From positions 64,001-128,000 of the forward strand of contig CAXWPJ010000004.1 in the NCBI GenBank assembly GCA_963664115.2: a stretch of 64,000 bases of DNA. Direction: 5' to 3'. The stretch comes from Terriglobia bacterium (GTDB lineage Bacteria > Acidobacteriota > Terriglobia > 20CM-2-55-15). Positions within the stretch are counted from its first letter, which is position 1; each line of letters begins with the position of its first letter. Shown piece after piece: positions 18,643 through 30,189 of this stretch. The notes under the pieces were generated by a model, which saw only the letters and a list, made by a program, of their open reading frames with translations, did not search any database and was not told the DNA's origin. A program made the translations under genes and the position numbers.

Positions 18643-19533
18643 TCATGATCCGATCCCGGCCATATCCTCCAATTCAGTTAGATAGGCAAAAAAGTCGAGA
18701 TCTCCTTTTCCCTTGGCCTTCATACTTTCATAGCCCTGTTTAACCATAGAGGTCATCGGCATGGGCGCATTGTTTTCACTAGCGGTGTCCAGGGCAATAT
18801 CAAAATCTTTGGCCATTTGCGCTGCCGTGAATGCCGGAGCGAAATTCCTATCCTTTAACGCCTGGGCTTTATAAGCAACCAGCGGTGACGCGACCACACT
18901 GTTACCCACAATTTCGATCATCTGCTCCCAGTCCATGCCGCCTTTCTTGCCGAACGTGAGGGCTTCTCCTACCATGGCCGAAGTCATGCCCACCATCATG
19001 TTCAAGACGAGCTTCAAAACCCTGGCTTCTTCAGCAGCGCCTACATGGAAGGATTTCTGCCCCATCGATCCAAAAATATCGACACACGCGTCATACGCAT
19101 CCTTGGGACCGGATGCAAAAATTGTCAAGGTCCCGGCTGTTGCTAAGGCCGTACTTCCCGACACAGGCGCACGCAAGTACTGCAGTCCCGCTTTTTCGGC
19201 ACCCTCGGCAACGCGAGCTGAAGCCACCGGCGAAACGGTGCTCATATCGATGAAAATGGTCCCCTTCCTCGCTGCTTCAAATGCACCGCCTGCCCCGATA
19301 GAAACAGCTTCCAGGACGGGATCGTCAGAAATCATGGAAATAATTACGTCAGATTCCGCAACCACGTCCTTTATGGAATCCGCAACTTGAGCGCCGGCCT
19401 CGGCTAAGGCCGCTGTTTTACCTGCCGTCCGATTCCAAACGGTCACCGGGTATCCTGCCTTGATCAAATTCTTGGACATGGGATCACCCATCTTTCCCAA
19501 GCCTATCCAACCGATTTTCTGTTTGTTCGCCAT
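18643..19533 (-). CDS. beta-hydroxyacid dehydrogenase (3-hydroxyisobutyrate/tartronate semialdehyde reductase family)
   Basis: GWIGLGKMG, WNRT, DMSTVSP, APVSGS, KLVLN, KD motifs. Confidence 0.92.
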   Translation of the reverse strand: MANKQKIGWIGLGKMGDPMSKNLIKAGYPVTVWNRTAGKTAALAEAGAQVADSIKDVVAESDVIISMISDDPVLEAVSIGAGGAFEAARKGTIFIDMSTVSPVASARVAEGAEKAGLQYLRAPVSGSTALATAGTLTIFASGPKDAYDACVDIFGSMGQKSFHVGAAEEARVLKLVLNMMVGMTSAMVGEALTFGKKGGMDWEQMIEIVGNSVVASPLVAYKAQALKDRNFAPAFTAAQMAKDFDIALDTASENNAPMPMTSMVKQGYESMKAKGKGDLDFFAYLTELEDMAGIGS

Positions 19534-19725
19534 TTTTCTCCTACCTTTCCTCTAGCCGTGAGTTGAATAATCGGAACCAAAACATTTCAATAATTCAATT
19601 ATTGGACACAACGCTATTGCCCTAACCGAGGGCAACATGTGGACGAGAGTACATCATACTATCAGCAAATTTACTTACTCTATCTATCGAGAAAGCAAAA
19701 TCGCACGCTTCGAAGTAGGTCTGTT

Positions 19726-20088
19726 CTAGGACGGTGCCAGCATGGCAAGAGACGCTCCCAGCAGAGCGATGTTCTTGATGAAATTAAGCATATCGATTTC
19801 TCTGTTGACTCCTGCTTCCAGTGTCCAGAAATTGTGTACTTTAATTGTCGCGGGAATCAGGAACACCCAGACACACAAGACTCCGAACCCGATCCAGAAA
19901 TTGATCATGATCAAGAATCCACCCAACGTAATGATGGCTGTCGATATGATCACGCTTGCTTTGGGAAAGGGGATACCTTTGGTCTCGGCAAGATGGATTT
20001 TCTTCTCCAGTTTGAGATAGTTGTTCAATCCAAGAATCACCAGAACTCCACCATATAAAACGCGGCCGATGTCTACTAAGACTTCCAT
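19726..20088 (-). CDS. DoxX family membrane protein
   Basis: GRVL, H.FW, NFIKNIALLG; lower GC than surroundings. Confidence 0.85.
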   Translation of the reverse strand: MEVLVDIGRVLYGGVLVILGLNNYLKLEKKIHLAETKGIPFPKASVIISTAIITLGGFLIMINFWIGFGVLCVWVFLIPATIKVHNFWTLEAGVNREIDMLNFIKNIALLGASLAMLAPS

Positions 20089-20111
20089 GTTTTCTCACTT
20101 TTTCGATCTAG

Positions 20112-21960
20112 TCCCAAAACAAGCGCATAACCAGTCCGCCGAGGCCCAGTTCGCGCCGATAGAATTCGAGGCATAGAATCCCGTTCCCGGATGGCCTGTT
20201 CCAGGTATCGAGTTTCTGTTGAATCTGTTTCAGTTCAGCCTCGCTGGTGTTGGACGGTTGACAGAAACCGGGCCCTCGATCGCCCGGGCTCAGAGTCATG
20301 ATCGGGTCAACATCGCAGAGGCTGACGCAACACATCCACCCCGCGGAACAAGACCGGCAACCACCGGTTCCAGGCCAGGATCCGGAACAGAATGCGCCGC
20401 CCGGTGCGCACGAGTTGGCACGGCACAAGCATGAAAGCGTTCAAGAAGGTTTTGAACTCCATGCGCAGCACGGTTTGCTTCTCAGCCTGATATTTTTGGC
20501 CCCAACGTCCGGTTTCGGGAAGCAGCAATGCAAACCACGCTTTCAGTGTCCAGGCCAGTGACGCGATCACCATGTAGGCCCAGTTGCTGGTCTGATCTCC
20601 GACCGGCATCCGCAACGCCTGAACGCCGTTCTTCAACTGCTCAATGAGATTCTCCTGATTGCACCGTTGATTGGCACGCATCACAATCTGGTCGGCCGGA
20701 TCCGAACGGTTGGTAATGTAGAAGAAGTACCGGATGTCGTCAAACAACACCTGCTCTCCTTTGGCCACCGACAGATTCTTCCGCACCACGACGACACGGT
20801 AGTCCCGATCGCAGGCTCCGGGTCGATACCGAAACTCGGCCACATCCTCACCCTGCAAGCGGATATTGTCGAAACCGCGCTGCCGAACGATCTCTTCCTT
20901 CACGTTGTCGGGACGTTGGCGCGGTTCGGTCGCCACGTCGTATTTCGCGGGCCGTTCCAGGCGCTTCCACTGGCGCGGCTCCAGTTCATCGGCCCGGGCC
21001 TTCAGGTTCGCCATCGCGTCAATCCCGAATATGAAACCCACCTGCTGGTCGTCCCATCCGTCCAGATGCCGGGTCTGGCTGAAGTCCGTGTCCCCGCGCA
21101 GCAGGATCTGGCGAAACCCCGCATGCCGGCACAATGCGATGGCTTGGTCGAACCGGACCGCGGCTCCTTCATGCGACGGCCGGTTGCCGCTACGATTGAC
21201 CAGATACAGCGGTTCGGCGGTGTTGGCCAGCGAGATCATCAGCGGGTGATATCCCCACGTCCCGTCGTAGGCCACGTCCATCCCTTGCTTGCATTCCCCC
21301 GTGGTTTCGGCCAGTGTCCCGTCCGCGTCCAACACCGCTTCTTCGAAAAACGCCGCCGGTTGCTGTCGCCAGACTCCGAGCCGGACTTGATTGGTTGCCT
21401 CCATCAGACACTCCACGTCGTCGGCCTCGAATCTCCGGCAGAAGTCTCCCGCCGTCGTCGGATCCGGAATCCGTTGCGCTCCCAGCGCATCCAGATACAC
21501 CGCATCGTTGCGCCGCAGTTCGATGTCTTCCAGGCACGTTCCTCCGCTCAAGGCGTTGTAGGCGATGTTCAGCACGTGATCCGACTCGTGATACGGCAGG
21601 TGCCGCTTCAACACATGCACGCCCTTGTCGATGGCTTCGATCAGCCCGGTCCGCCGCGCCACCAGTTGCATCGTCCCGATACCACCAACCGATGTGCCCC
21701 GCGTCCGCTCTCCCATCTCGTACTGAATGTTGCTCGCCGAAAACATCGGCTCTACCTGATCCGTCCAATGCCGGTCCCCAAGCCGACGTTCGATTCGCCG
21801 CTTGCGGTTCCTCATGTTCTTGCGCGTATAATCGTTCATCTGAAATGCCTCCTTTTCCGAAGAATCTGTTCAAGGTTTTTTTCGCACGGAGAGGGGGCAT
21901 TTCGGGTACTTCCGCTCTTATTGCACTATCATTTCCTCGTCAATCACGCTTGTTCAGGGA
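20112..21960 (-). mobile_element. IS1380-family insertion sequence
   Basis: TIRs TCCCAAAACAAGCG (20112-20125) and CGCTTGTTCAGGGA (21947-21960), 12/14 match; CTAG on both sides (20108-20111, 21961-21964). Confidence 0.9.
20307..21839 (-). CDS. IS1380-family transposase
   Basis: LDADGT, GYHPL, LRGDTDF, RCNQENLIEQLK, NWAYM motifs; 510 aa. Confidence 0.92.
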   Translation of the reverse strand: MNDYTRKNMRNRKRRIERRLGDRHWTDQVEPMFSASNIQYEMGERTRGTSVGGIGTMQLVARRTGLIEAIDKGVHVLKRHLPYHESDHVLNIAYNALSGGTCLEDIELRRNDAVYLDALGAQRIPDPTTAGDFCRRFEADDVECLMEATNQVRLGVWRQQPAAFFEEAVLDADGTLAETTGECKQGMDVAYDGTWGYHPLMISLANTAEPLYLVNRSGNRPSHEGAAVRFDQAIALCRHAGFRQILLRGDTDFSQTRHLDGWDDQQVGFIFGIDAMANLKARADELEPRQWKRLERPAKYDVATEPRQRPDNVKEEIVRQRGFDNIRLQGEDVAEFRYRPGACDRDYRVVVVRKNLSVAKGEQVLFDDIRYFFYITNRSDPADQIVMRANQRCNQENLIEQLKNGVQALRMPVGDQTSNWAYMVIASLAWTLKAWFALLLPETGRWGQKYQAEKQTVLRMEFKTFLNAFMLVPCQLVRTGRRILFRILAWNRWLPVLFRGVDVLRQPLRC

Positions 21961-22217
21961 CTAGTGGCCTGTACCACTGGATTGGAATTCATTTCCGACT
22001 TGAAAATAAACGCCATTTTCTCGAAAGACAATTGCGCAGTCATCGTGCAAATAATAGAACGATTCATTGATACCTCATCCCGCGTCATGTCGAATCGTCC
22101 GTTCGCGTCGATTAAGAATCTCATCTCACAACGTGAAGGGGCCGGCCGGGGCAGTTCTATTGGATCCGGGCGCTTCGGATGACAGGCCGAGTGGCCACGG
22201 CAGGGCTCGAATGGACG

Positions 22218-22249
22218 CGATACGGCCCGCACTATTGCGGGCCGTATCG
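22218..22249. terminator. perfect 14-bp hairpin (terminator-like)
   Basis: CGATACGGCCCGCA-CTAT-TGCGGGCCGTATCG downstream of the yciI-like gene. Confidence 0.6.
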
Positions 22250-22374
22250 TTACAGAGACGTATCAAACCCTGGATGTCTCAAACCACAACCCTATTGCGG
22301 GTGGGGGCTAAGACCAGAGACGTTTACACGCCGGGTTTGGGTCAGAGGCTCAAGAATACCGTCATCAATCCGAT

Positions 22375-22683
22375 TCAGGCACCTGACTCTTCGCCGGTCA
22401 TGTTGTTCACACGAAGCTTAAAGGGCCTGATGGTAATCGTTTCCCAGATATCTGCGGCCTTAAACGGGTCATTGTTATTGAATTCCTGAACTTCCTCGAT
22501 GTTATTTGCCTCTACAAGAAAGAAGCTTCCGACCATCGTATCCTGGCTACCTTCTTCAACGATAGGACCCGATAACAAGAACTTGATCGGCTTCGTCATC
22601 AGATACGCTTTATGAGCCTCATAGTTCGCAAGACGCTTCTCAACATGGTTCGGTTTGTCGTTGCAATAAACGATATAGTGCAT
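22375..22683 (-). CDS. YciI family protein
   Basis: DKP...R....EAHKAYL, SGP, GS, DPF motifs. Confidence 0.88.
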   Translation of the reverse strand: MHYIVYCNDKPNHVEKRLANYEAHKAYLMTKPIKFLLSGPIVEEGSQDTMVGSFFLVEANNIEEVQEFNNNDPFKAADIWETITIRPFKLRVNNMTGEESGA

Positions 22684-22798
22684 TTTTTCTGCTCCTTGAG
22701 ATTGAACATTGCAGAAACTACTTTCTTCCGCAAATTCAGGTTAATCGGAACCCATACGGGTTATCCGAAGGTCCTTCCGGGTTACCGACAAGCGACGT

Positions 22799-23674
22799 TC
22801 ATTCAATGCCGCTCGATCTGGCTTGATCGCGCGCAATGACCGCCCAATCGAGCTCGCCTTCGCCATGAGCGATTGCACCGATCAACCGGTCGCGATAAAC
22901 GTTGCAGCTCGGTAAGGGAACGTTCGCCGCCTGGCCCGCGGCCAACATTAGATTCGCGTCCTTCAATCCCAGCACGGTCGTAAAGCCGACTTGATCGTAA
23001 GACTCGTTTGCGATGATACTGCCGTACACCTTATAAGCCGGTGCTGCGAATAAGCCATCGGTCAGCACCTCGTTGAAAACGGCCGGATCCACGCCGTGCT
23101 TTCGCGTCAATGCAAAGCCCTCGCCCATCGCTTCGATCGCGCAGCCAAGCACCATATTGTTCGCTAACTTGACCGATGCAGCGCCAGCAGGATTCGTGCC
23201 GGCGGCGAATGTCCGCCTGCCGATGGCTTCGTACAACGGCGCGAGCCTGGCGATCGCATCTGCAGGTCCGGCCGGCACCAGGCCGAGCTGGCCCGCGGCG
23301 GCGGCATCGGGACGGCCAAGCACCGGTGTGGCCACCAATACTTGTCCGGCCTGTTCGTGGGCCTCATCGAGCGCCGTCATTGCGGTCACACCGTGCGTGC
23401 CCATGGGCACGTGTATGGCGCCTTTCGGCAGCGAGTCGAGGATGCCGCTGTGGGCAACTTCATCGAGTGCGGCATCGTCGGCCAGCATCGTGATAACGAC
23501 TTCCATGCCGGTGCAGGCATCCGCTATGGAGTTGGCAACCGTAGCGCCGCTCTTTTCGAGTTCGTCCGCCTTCGAGCGCGTGCGGTTGTAAACAGTCAAG
23601 TCGTGACCGCCATTCAATACACGGCCGGCAATCGCTGTACCCATGCGGCCCAAGCCAATGAATCCTACCTTCAT
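22799..23674 (-). CDS. beta-hydroxyacid dehydrogenase family oxidoreductase
   Basis: GFIGLGRMG, YNRT, PVLGRP, KLANN, LKD motifs. Confidence 0.92.
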   Translation of the reverse strand: MKVGFIGLGRMGTAIAGRVLNGGHDLTVYNRTRSKADELEKSGATVANSIADACTGMEVVITMLADDAALDEVAHSGILDSLPKGAIHVPMGTHGVTAMTALDEAHEQAGQVLVATPVLGRPDAAAAGQLGLVPAGPADAIARLAPLYEAIGRRTFAAGTNPAGAASVKLANNMVLGCAIEAMGEGFALTRKHGVDPAVFNEVLTDGLFAAPAYKVYGSIIANESYDQVGFTTVLGLKDANLMLAAGQAANVPLPSCNVYRDRLIGAIAHGEGELDWAVIARDQARSSGIE

Positions 23675-23967
23675 GATGTCCCTCTCGTGATGATCTCAAA
23701 TTAGATTGTCTAGCTCGACAACTGTCGTTCGTGCATACAATCGATCTAGAGCACAATGTATTCGTTGATATCGCCCGTGTTCAGGTTCCTCGAGCAATGA
23801 TGCCGGGTGAACGTGTCACTTTTCACTGCGGAGACACCCAGACACCGCCCCTCCACATGAGGTGTTGGCGGTACCCGCTGACGCAGATGGCAAACAACAT
23901 ACCGCAGATAAAAAATCAGAAATGGATTACGCGATCGTCTGGCAATTAAGTATCGCTCGAGCCTTCT

Positions 23968-24072
23968 TTATTTACCCTGACGGAGATAACCGACCAGGGC
24001 GATGGCCCCAAAGATGGCCATAATGGCCACAACACCCGCCATCCACAGTCTCGTTACAACGATTTCTTCCAT
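23968..24072 (-). CDS. 34-aa single-TM microprotein (not in ORF track)
   Basis: MEEIVVTRLWMAGVVAIMAIFGAIALVGYLRQGK with GGAGA RBS. Confidence 0.65.
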   Translation of the reverse strand: MEEIVVTRLWMAGVVAIMAIFGAIALVGYLRQGK

Positions 24073-24090
24073 CGTCTTCTCCGTGTTCGA

Positions 24091-24207
24091 TTACTGCTCG
24101 TTGATTTGACCGCGATCCCGGCGATCCATCAGATAGGCGATGACCCAGCCTACGGCAAGAATCGCGAGCATTAGAACTATGCTGTCGACAAAGATGCTCC
24201 AGAACAT
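24091..24207 (-). CDS. 38-aa single-TM microprotein (not in ORF track)
   Basis: MFWSIFVDSIVLMLAILAVGWVIAYLMDRRDRGQINEQ with AGGAG RBS. Confidence 0.65.
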   Translation of the reverse strand: MFWSIFVDSIVLMLAILAVGWVIAYLMDRRDRGQINEQ

Positions 24208-24476
24208 TGATGATTACTCCTGGCGTCCTGAGTTTGTCCGCCTCGCCTGCGATCCGGCGCTCTTACCCGGGCATTCGGCCGGCGACGCGACGCTCTATCG
24301 GAATTCTATATGTCGGTCTCCCGTTTCTTCCCTCCGCATCACACCAAACTCTCTTTATGCTGCGGGGCTCTGACCGTTCCAAACGGCTTTGGCTGTCTCC
24401 CTGTCGTTTGATCACCCACTCCGCTTAACCTTCTGTCCCGTTCTGCCACTGATCAACGTTCAGCCAGGTGTCTCAC

Positions 24477-25961
24477 CTAGGTTGACACAGAGGGTGAGCT
24501 GCCGAACCGGGATCGATATTCCTCCGACTTGAAATAGCCCGGTTGGCCCCGGGTGACGAGGTTTCCGACGATACCAAGAGCGAAAGTCACTGCGAGTGTG
24601 ACGTAGGCGTTGGGGACGTTAGCCATGTTCAACATTTGCGGCAAGGCAGTGAAAGACCATGCTGAATTCGCCGCCCAAGCAAGCAGTAGCGTCCATACGG
24701 CAATCGCGCTGTTGCGCTTCCAGAACAGGCCGAATACGACCACCCAAAACACGGGCACCAGCCACGAGAACAGCCAGTTTATGGCGGCCAGAATTGGTGG
24801 AAGGAACGCAGCTACGCTCACGGCGATGACAGCCAGGACGACGATGGTGATGCGTATCACCCGCGCCATCTCATTCTCGCTGGCCTGAGGCCGGAAGAGA
24901 TTCTTATAGATATCGACACCGAAGATGGTCGCGGGCGCGAGGCTGGTCATGGCAAAAGTGGAGAGTATTGCCGCCAGAAATGACGCCAGGAGCAGCGCAG
25001 CCAACCACTGCGGCAGATAGTTCACCAGCATCGCAGTCGCCGCCACTTTCGGACCCAACTCCGCGAACTCCGGGACGGTCTTGGCAGTCAGCCCGATGAC
25101 CACAGCGAAAATACCGAAGATGCCGTTCACGGGAGCAGCGATCCACAGGGCTTTGCGAATCGTCCGCTCACTCTCTGCCGCCATGCACGGCTGCATCAAC
25201 ATCTGGCTGATGCCCTGACTGAACACGACCGCAATCGTGGTACCCAGCGCAAAACTGAAAAAGATCTCGGGCGTGCCGTAAATGCTGAGCATGAATTCGT
25301 TGCCGGAGGAGTTGTAAAAATTCGCAACAGAGTCATAGTTGCCGCCGGGCAGCCTGAACGCCAGAAAGATGGTTGCCAGTATCAATCCCACGTACATCAC
25401 TATGGCATTGACCAGGTTCAGCCAGCCCACTTCCCTCATCCCGGCAAATACGACATAGAAGATACCGAGAATTGCCCCGACGACTGCGCCGTTACGGATG
25501 CTCCAACCAGTCATGGATGCGATGATGATGCCTATTCCCTGAGTCTCAAGCGTAAGGATGCCGAAGACGACGCCGGCCATCGTGCACGAGACCAGAAGCC
25601 GCGTTCCCCGCCCGTAAAGAAGTTCGAGGATCTCGGGTAAGGTCGTCAGTCCCAGTCGCCGTACCCACAGACCCGTCGACAGACACACCATCACCAGTAA
25701 GATGACGTGGGCAATGCTGAACCAGATGGCAACCGCACCCAGAGTCCAGGCCAGTTCGAAGATGCCCAGTATGTGGGCCGTACCGAGAACGGTAAGCGCT
25801 AATGTGATTGCGACCACGGGGACGGGCAAGCCGCGCCCGGCGAGGGCGAAATCGCCATCCTGACGGGTTTGCGATGCGCTCCGCTTCGCTAGCCAGAGAC
25901 CGATCCCCAGGATGATGGCCACCTCATAGACCAGGACGGCAATTAGGATTCCTGCGTTCAC
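24477..25961 (-). CDS. sodium:solute symporter (SSS) family transporter
   Basis: DFALAGRGL, TTLPE.L...YG, YVVFAGM, FLAAILST; about 13 TM segments. Confidence 0.92.
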   Translation of the reverse strand: MNAGILIAVLVYEVAIILGIGLWLAKRSASQTRQDGDFALAGRGLPVPVVAITLALTVLGTAHILGIFELAWTLGAVAIWFSIAHVILLVMVCLSTGLWVRRLGLTTLPEILELLYGRGTRLLVSCTMAGVVFGILTLETQGIGIIIASMTGWSIRNGAVVGAILGIFYVVFAGMREVGWLNLVNAIVMYVGLILATIFLAFRLPGGNYDSVANFYNSSGNEFMLSIYGTPEIFFSFALGTTIAVVFSQGISQMLMQPCMAAESERTIRKALWIAAPVNGIFGIFAVVIGLTAKTVPEFAELGPKVAATAMLVNYLPQWLAALLLASFLAAILSTFAMTSLAPATIFGVDIYKNLFRPQASENEMARVIRITIVVLAVIAVSVAAFLPPILAAINWLFSWLVPVFWVVVFGLFWKRNSAIAVWTLLLAWAANSAWSFTALPQMLNMANVPNAYVTLAVTFALGIVGNLVTRGQPGYFKSEEYRSRFGSSPSVST

Positions 25962-26223
25962 GCTTTCATCTCCAATTCCCCTATGAAGGCATAGACAGTC
26001 CTATGAATGGGCGGCTCAACAATCTGCCCAGAATCTCATGGAGTGTACCGCAATTCGGGTTACTCTGTACGCTATGTTGGGCTTCGATTTATCACCTCTG
26101 GACCTAACACGCAATGGGCGTTCGATAGCGCGGCAAACGGGTGGAACAATCAATATTTGCGAAATCACCTTCGCGCTCCGGCATCGTTGATATTCAGACC
26201 GATCGTCATTTACGGATAAAACC

Positions 26224-27420
<1,197 letters not shown>

Positions 27421-27479
27421 GAGTCCGGGCGGACTTTCGCTGAACGGACGGGAAAAACCCCTGTCGGGAGATACCTCAA

Positions 27480-28505
27480 ATGATCAACGCGGCAATTGTG
27501 GGCCTCGGTTGGTGGGGCAAGACACTGGTAGAGTCGGTCCAGGGTAAGAGCGATACGATCCGCTTCACCGCGGGTGCAACACGCACGGTGTCACCCGAAG
27601 TGGAGGCGTTTGCAAAGGATCAGGAATTCCAACTCGCTGATAGCCTGGATACACTCCTGACAGATTCGAATCTTGATGCCATCGTGCTGGCCACGCCACA
27701 TTCCGTCCACGCCTCGCAGGTGATCGCCGCGGCTGGGGCGGGAAAACACGTTTTCTGTGAGAAGCCCTTCGCACTCACCCGGGACGACGCCGCATCCGCT
27801 GTCGCTGCTGTTGAGAAAGCCGGTGTCACTTTGGGCCTCGGATACAACCGCCGTTTCCATCCTGAGATGATCAAACTCCGGGAACGCATCCGTAGCGGTG
27901 AACTGGGAACCGTCATGCACGTTGAGGCCACAATGACCTTTTCCAATGCCCTGTTGCTCAAACCCAGTCAGTGGCGCGCCCAACGGAATGAAACACCCTG
28001 CGGTGGACTCACACCGATGGGCGTGCACGCGATCGACGGGATGATCGATCTATGTGGCCCGATCGAGAGCGTCTTTTGCCAGAGCTTCAGGCGCGTGGTC
28101 GAAATTGACAGCGACGACACGACGTCGATTTTGTTCCGCATGGCAGATGGGATGTCGGGTTATCTGGGAACCGTGACAGCTACGGGCCCTGGATTTAGTT
28201 TTCAGGTCTTCGGTTCGAAAGGGTGGGTCCGATTGGAAGGGATGACGCACGTGGCGGGCGCGTCGTCGGAAGAAAGGCGCACGCGATTATTCGGAACGTG
28301 CAAGTTCCAACCGGCCAAGGGCGCACCGGAAGTGTGGGAGGCCGAAGCTCTTGACGTCACGCGGGCCGCCCTGGAATCATTTGCCGAAGCTGCCGGCAAC
28401 GGGTCGGAGTTCGCGATCCCCGTAGATCAAATGATTCACGGAGCGGCCGTCACAGAAGCGGTCGTACGCTCAGCTTCCTCGGGACAAATTGAGAAAGTCA
28501 CCTGA
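27480..28505 (+). CDS. Gfo/Idh/MocA oxidoreductase
   Basis: VGLGWWG, ATPH..H, GKHVFCEKP, GYNRRF, GVHAID. Confidence 0.93.
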   Translation: MINAAIVGLGWWGKTLVESVQGKSDTIRFTAGATRTVSPEVEAFAKDQEFQLADSLDTLLTDSNLDAIVLATPHSVHASQVIAAAGAGKHVFCEKPFALTRDDAASAVAAVEKAGVTLGLGYNRRFHPEMIKLRERIRSGELGTVMHVEATMTFSNALLLKPSQWRAQRNETPCGGLTPMGVHAIDGMIDLCGPIESVFCQSFRRVVEIDSDDTTSILFRMADGMSGYLGTVTATGPGFSFQVFGSKGWVRLEGMTHVAGASSEERRTRLFGTCKFQPAKGAPEVWEAEALDVTRAALESFAEAAGNGSEFAIPVDQMIHGAAVTEAVVRSASSGQIEKVT

Positions 28506-28520
28506 ACAGGAGAAGGGACC

Positions 28521-29703
28521 GTGTTGATCGCAAGCGCTGGGCAAACCCTGCCCACAACCATCATCGGCTCACTGCCGCGCCCGAGCTGGCAAACTGAAGA
28601 TCTGGGAACCCGGTCGTTTCTGGACGCCATGGTGAATTCCAAGTTCCGGGAACAATACGTCGATGCGCTCTCTGTTCACTTGCGGGATCAGGAAATCGCT
28701 GGGCTGGACATCTGTACAGACGGGGACTGCCGCTTCGATCAGGACGTCGGCGGTCAGAGTTGGACGAGCTATCCGCCGCACCATATGTCGGGCTTCGAAG
28801 CGACGCATCCGGAATTGGCGAGGGCCGATGCGGGAGGCATCGCCTTTCCCCGCGGACACATACTCCATGACTATCTGGAAGCGCGCGTCATGCCGAAAAT
28901 CGTCGGGCCCGTGAAACGCGGCGAGATGCAGTACACCGAAATATGGAAAGCGGCGCAGCGTCTGACCACGAAGCCGGTTAAGTTCGGGACGGTTACGCCC
29001 GAACTGGTCGCGTTTGCGGTTCAGGATGAGCACTACAAGGACCTGCCGTCACGCATTATGGCGCTCAGCGATGCTTTCAACGAGGAATTGCATGATCTCG
29101 CCGACGCAGGTTGTCCGGTCATTCAGATGGAGGAGCCCCAGATCCACCTGTTGGCAGCCCGCGGCATCATCGACGATGTCATCAATCCCGAATTCATGCT
29201 CAAAGTGTTTAACAACACCGTGAAGGGATTGCGGGATAAGACGGAGGTATGGTGTCACACCTGTTGGGGAAACCCATCCCAACAGCGCATGTTCCCTACG
29301 GTGCAGTCCTACAAACCCGCCCTTGAGATATTGAATCAGGTGGATGCCGACGTAATCACGTTCGAAACGAAAAGTTCCGGTGCGATCGACCTCGAGGCCA
29401 TCGGCAAAGATTTCACTGGAATGTAAGGTGGGTATCGGCGTCATCGATCATCACACGCTCCAGATCGAATCGCCCGACGAAGTGGCTGATCTCATTCGCC
29501 TCGCACTCCAACACGTCCCCGCAGAACGTCTCGTTATCTGCTCCGACTGCGGTATGGGCCGTGAAGGCATGAGCCGCCGGCACGCGTCCTACAAGATGGT
29601 GTCGCTCGTGTTGGGGACCAACATCGTTCGCAAAGAGCTCGGCCTTCCAGAAGCAGAGTGCCTCGCCGCCGACCCACGGTACTCGCTGATCCGAAATTCC
29701 TAG
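28521..29703 (+). pseudogene. cobalamin-independent methionine synthase II (MetE C-terminal-like) protein, frameshifted near 29424
   Basis: TTIIGSLPRP, GLDICTDG, HTCWGN, E, then IGVID and SDCG in another frame; deleting one base near 29424 joins the halves. Confidence 0.82.
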
Positions 29704-30189
29704 GGAAAACAGATTTTTCCTGTAGGTGCGGTCTATGTTCGTAGAAGAGCTCTCGAACTCATCCAGCTCAGGCTCTCGATAGCGTATTCCGTTGTTCTCC
29801 ACTGGGATCATTTCGGACCACCTTGTTCCCAGGCCGGCAAACGCCGAGCCGGCGCTTGCGGGGAACAACAATCGAAAAGGTTGATGTGGGGAGGACTGCG
29901 CCACAAGTGAACATAGCCCGGTATGAAGCAATTCACGCGTCATCGACGTTGCGGGACTAAACCGTCTGGATGTAGGAAATTAGTCGCAGAGGGAAAGTGG
30001 ATTGAGGGCAAAACGGGCTGGCCGAATGACGAAAAGCTCCCCCAAAGCGATCAAGCCCGAGACAAACTGTCGAGTCCTAACTTCAGAGTGAAAAACCAAT
30101 TTCGGTGTGTACGTCCGCTCGCCTCCCCTTGACTCCCACAACATCGCTTCGTAACATCTGGCCAGTTTTCAAACAACGGAGGCCGTAAC

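Noticed and set aside
20667-22070. 467-aa plus-strand ORF
   Set aside because: Antisense to the IS1380 transposase and runs across the IS end; no recognisable domain.
25981-26005. CTATG/CATAG/CTATG alternating pentamers in the SSS-eboE divergent promoter
   Set aside because: Too short to distinguish from chance and no regulator gene adjacent.
30006-30070. GGGCAAAAC...GACGAAAAGC resembling a c-di-GMP-I riboswitch
   Set aside because: No clear GNRA-capped P2 stem or tetraloop receptor; an Rfam RF01051 search would be needed.
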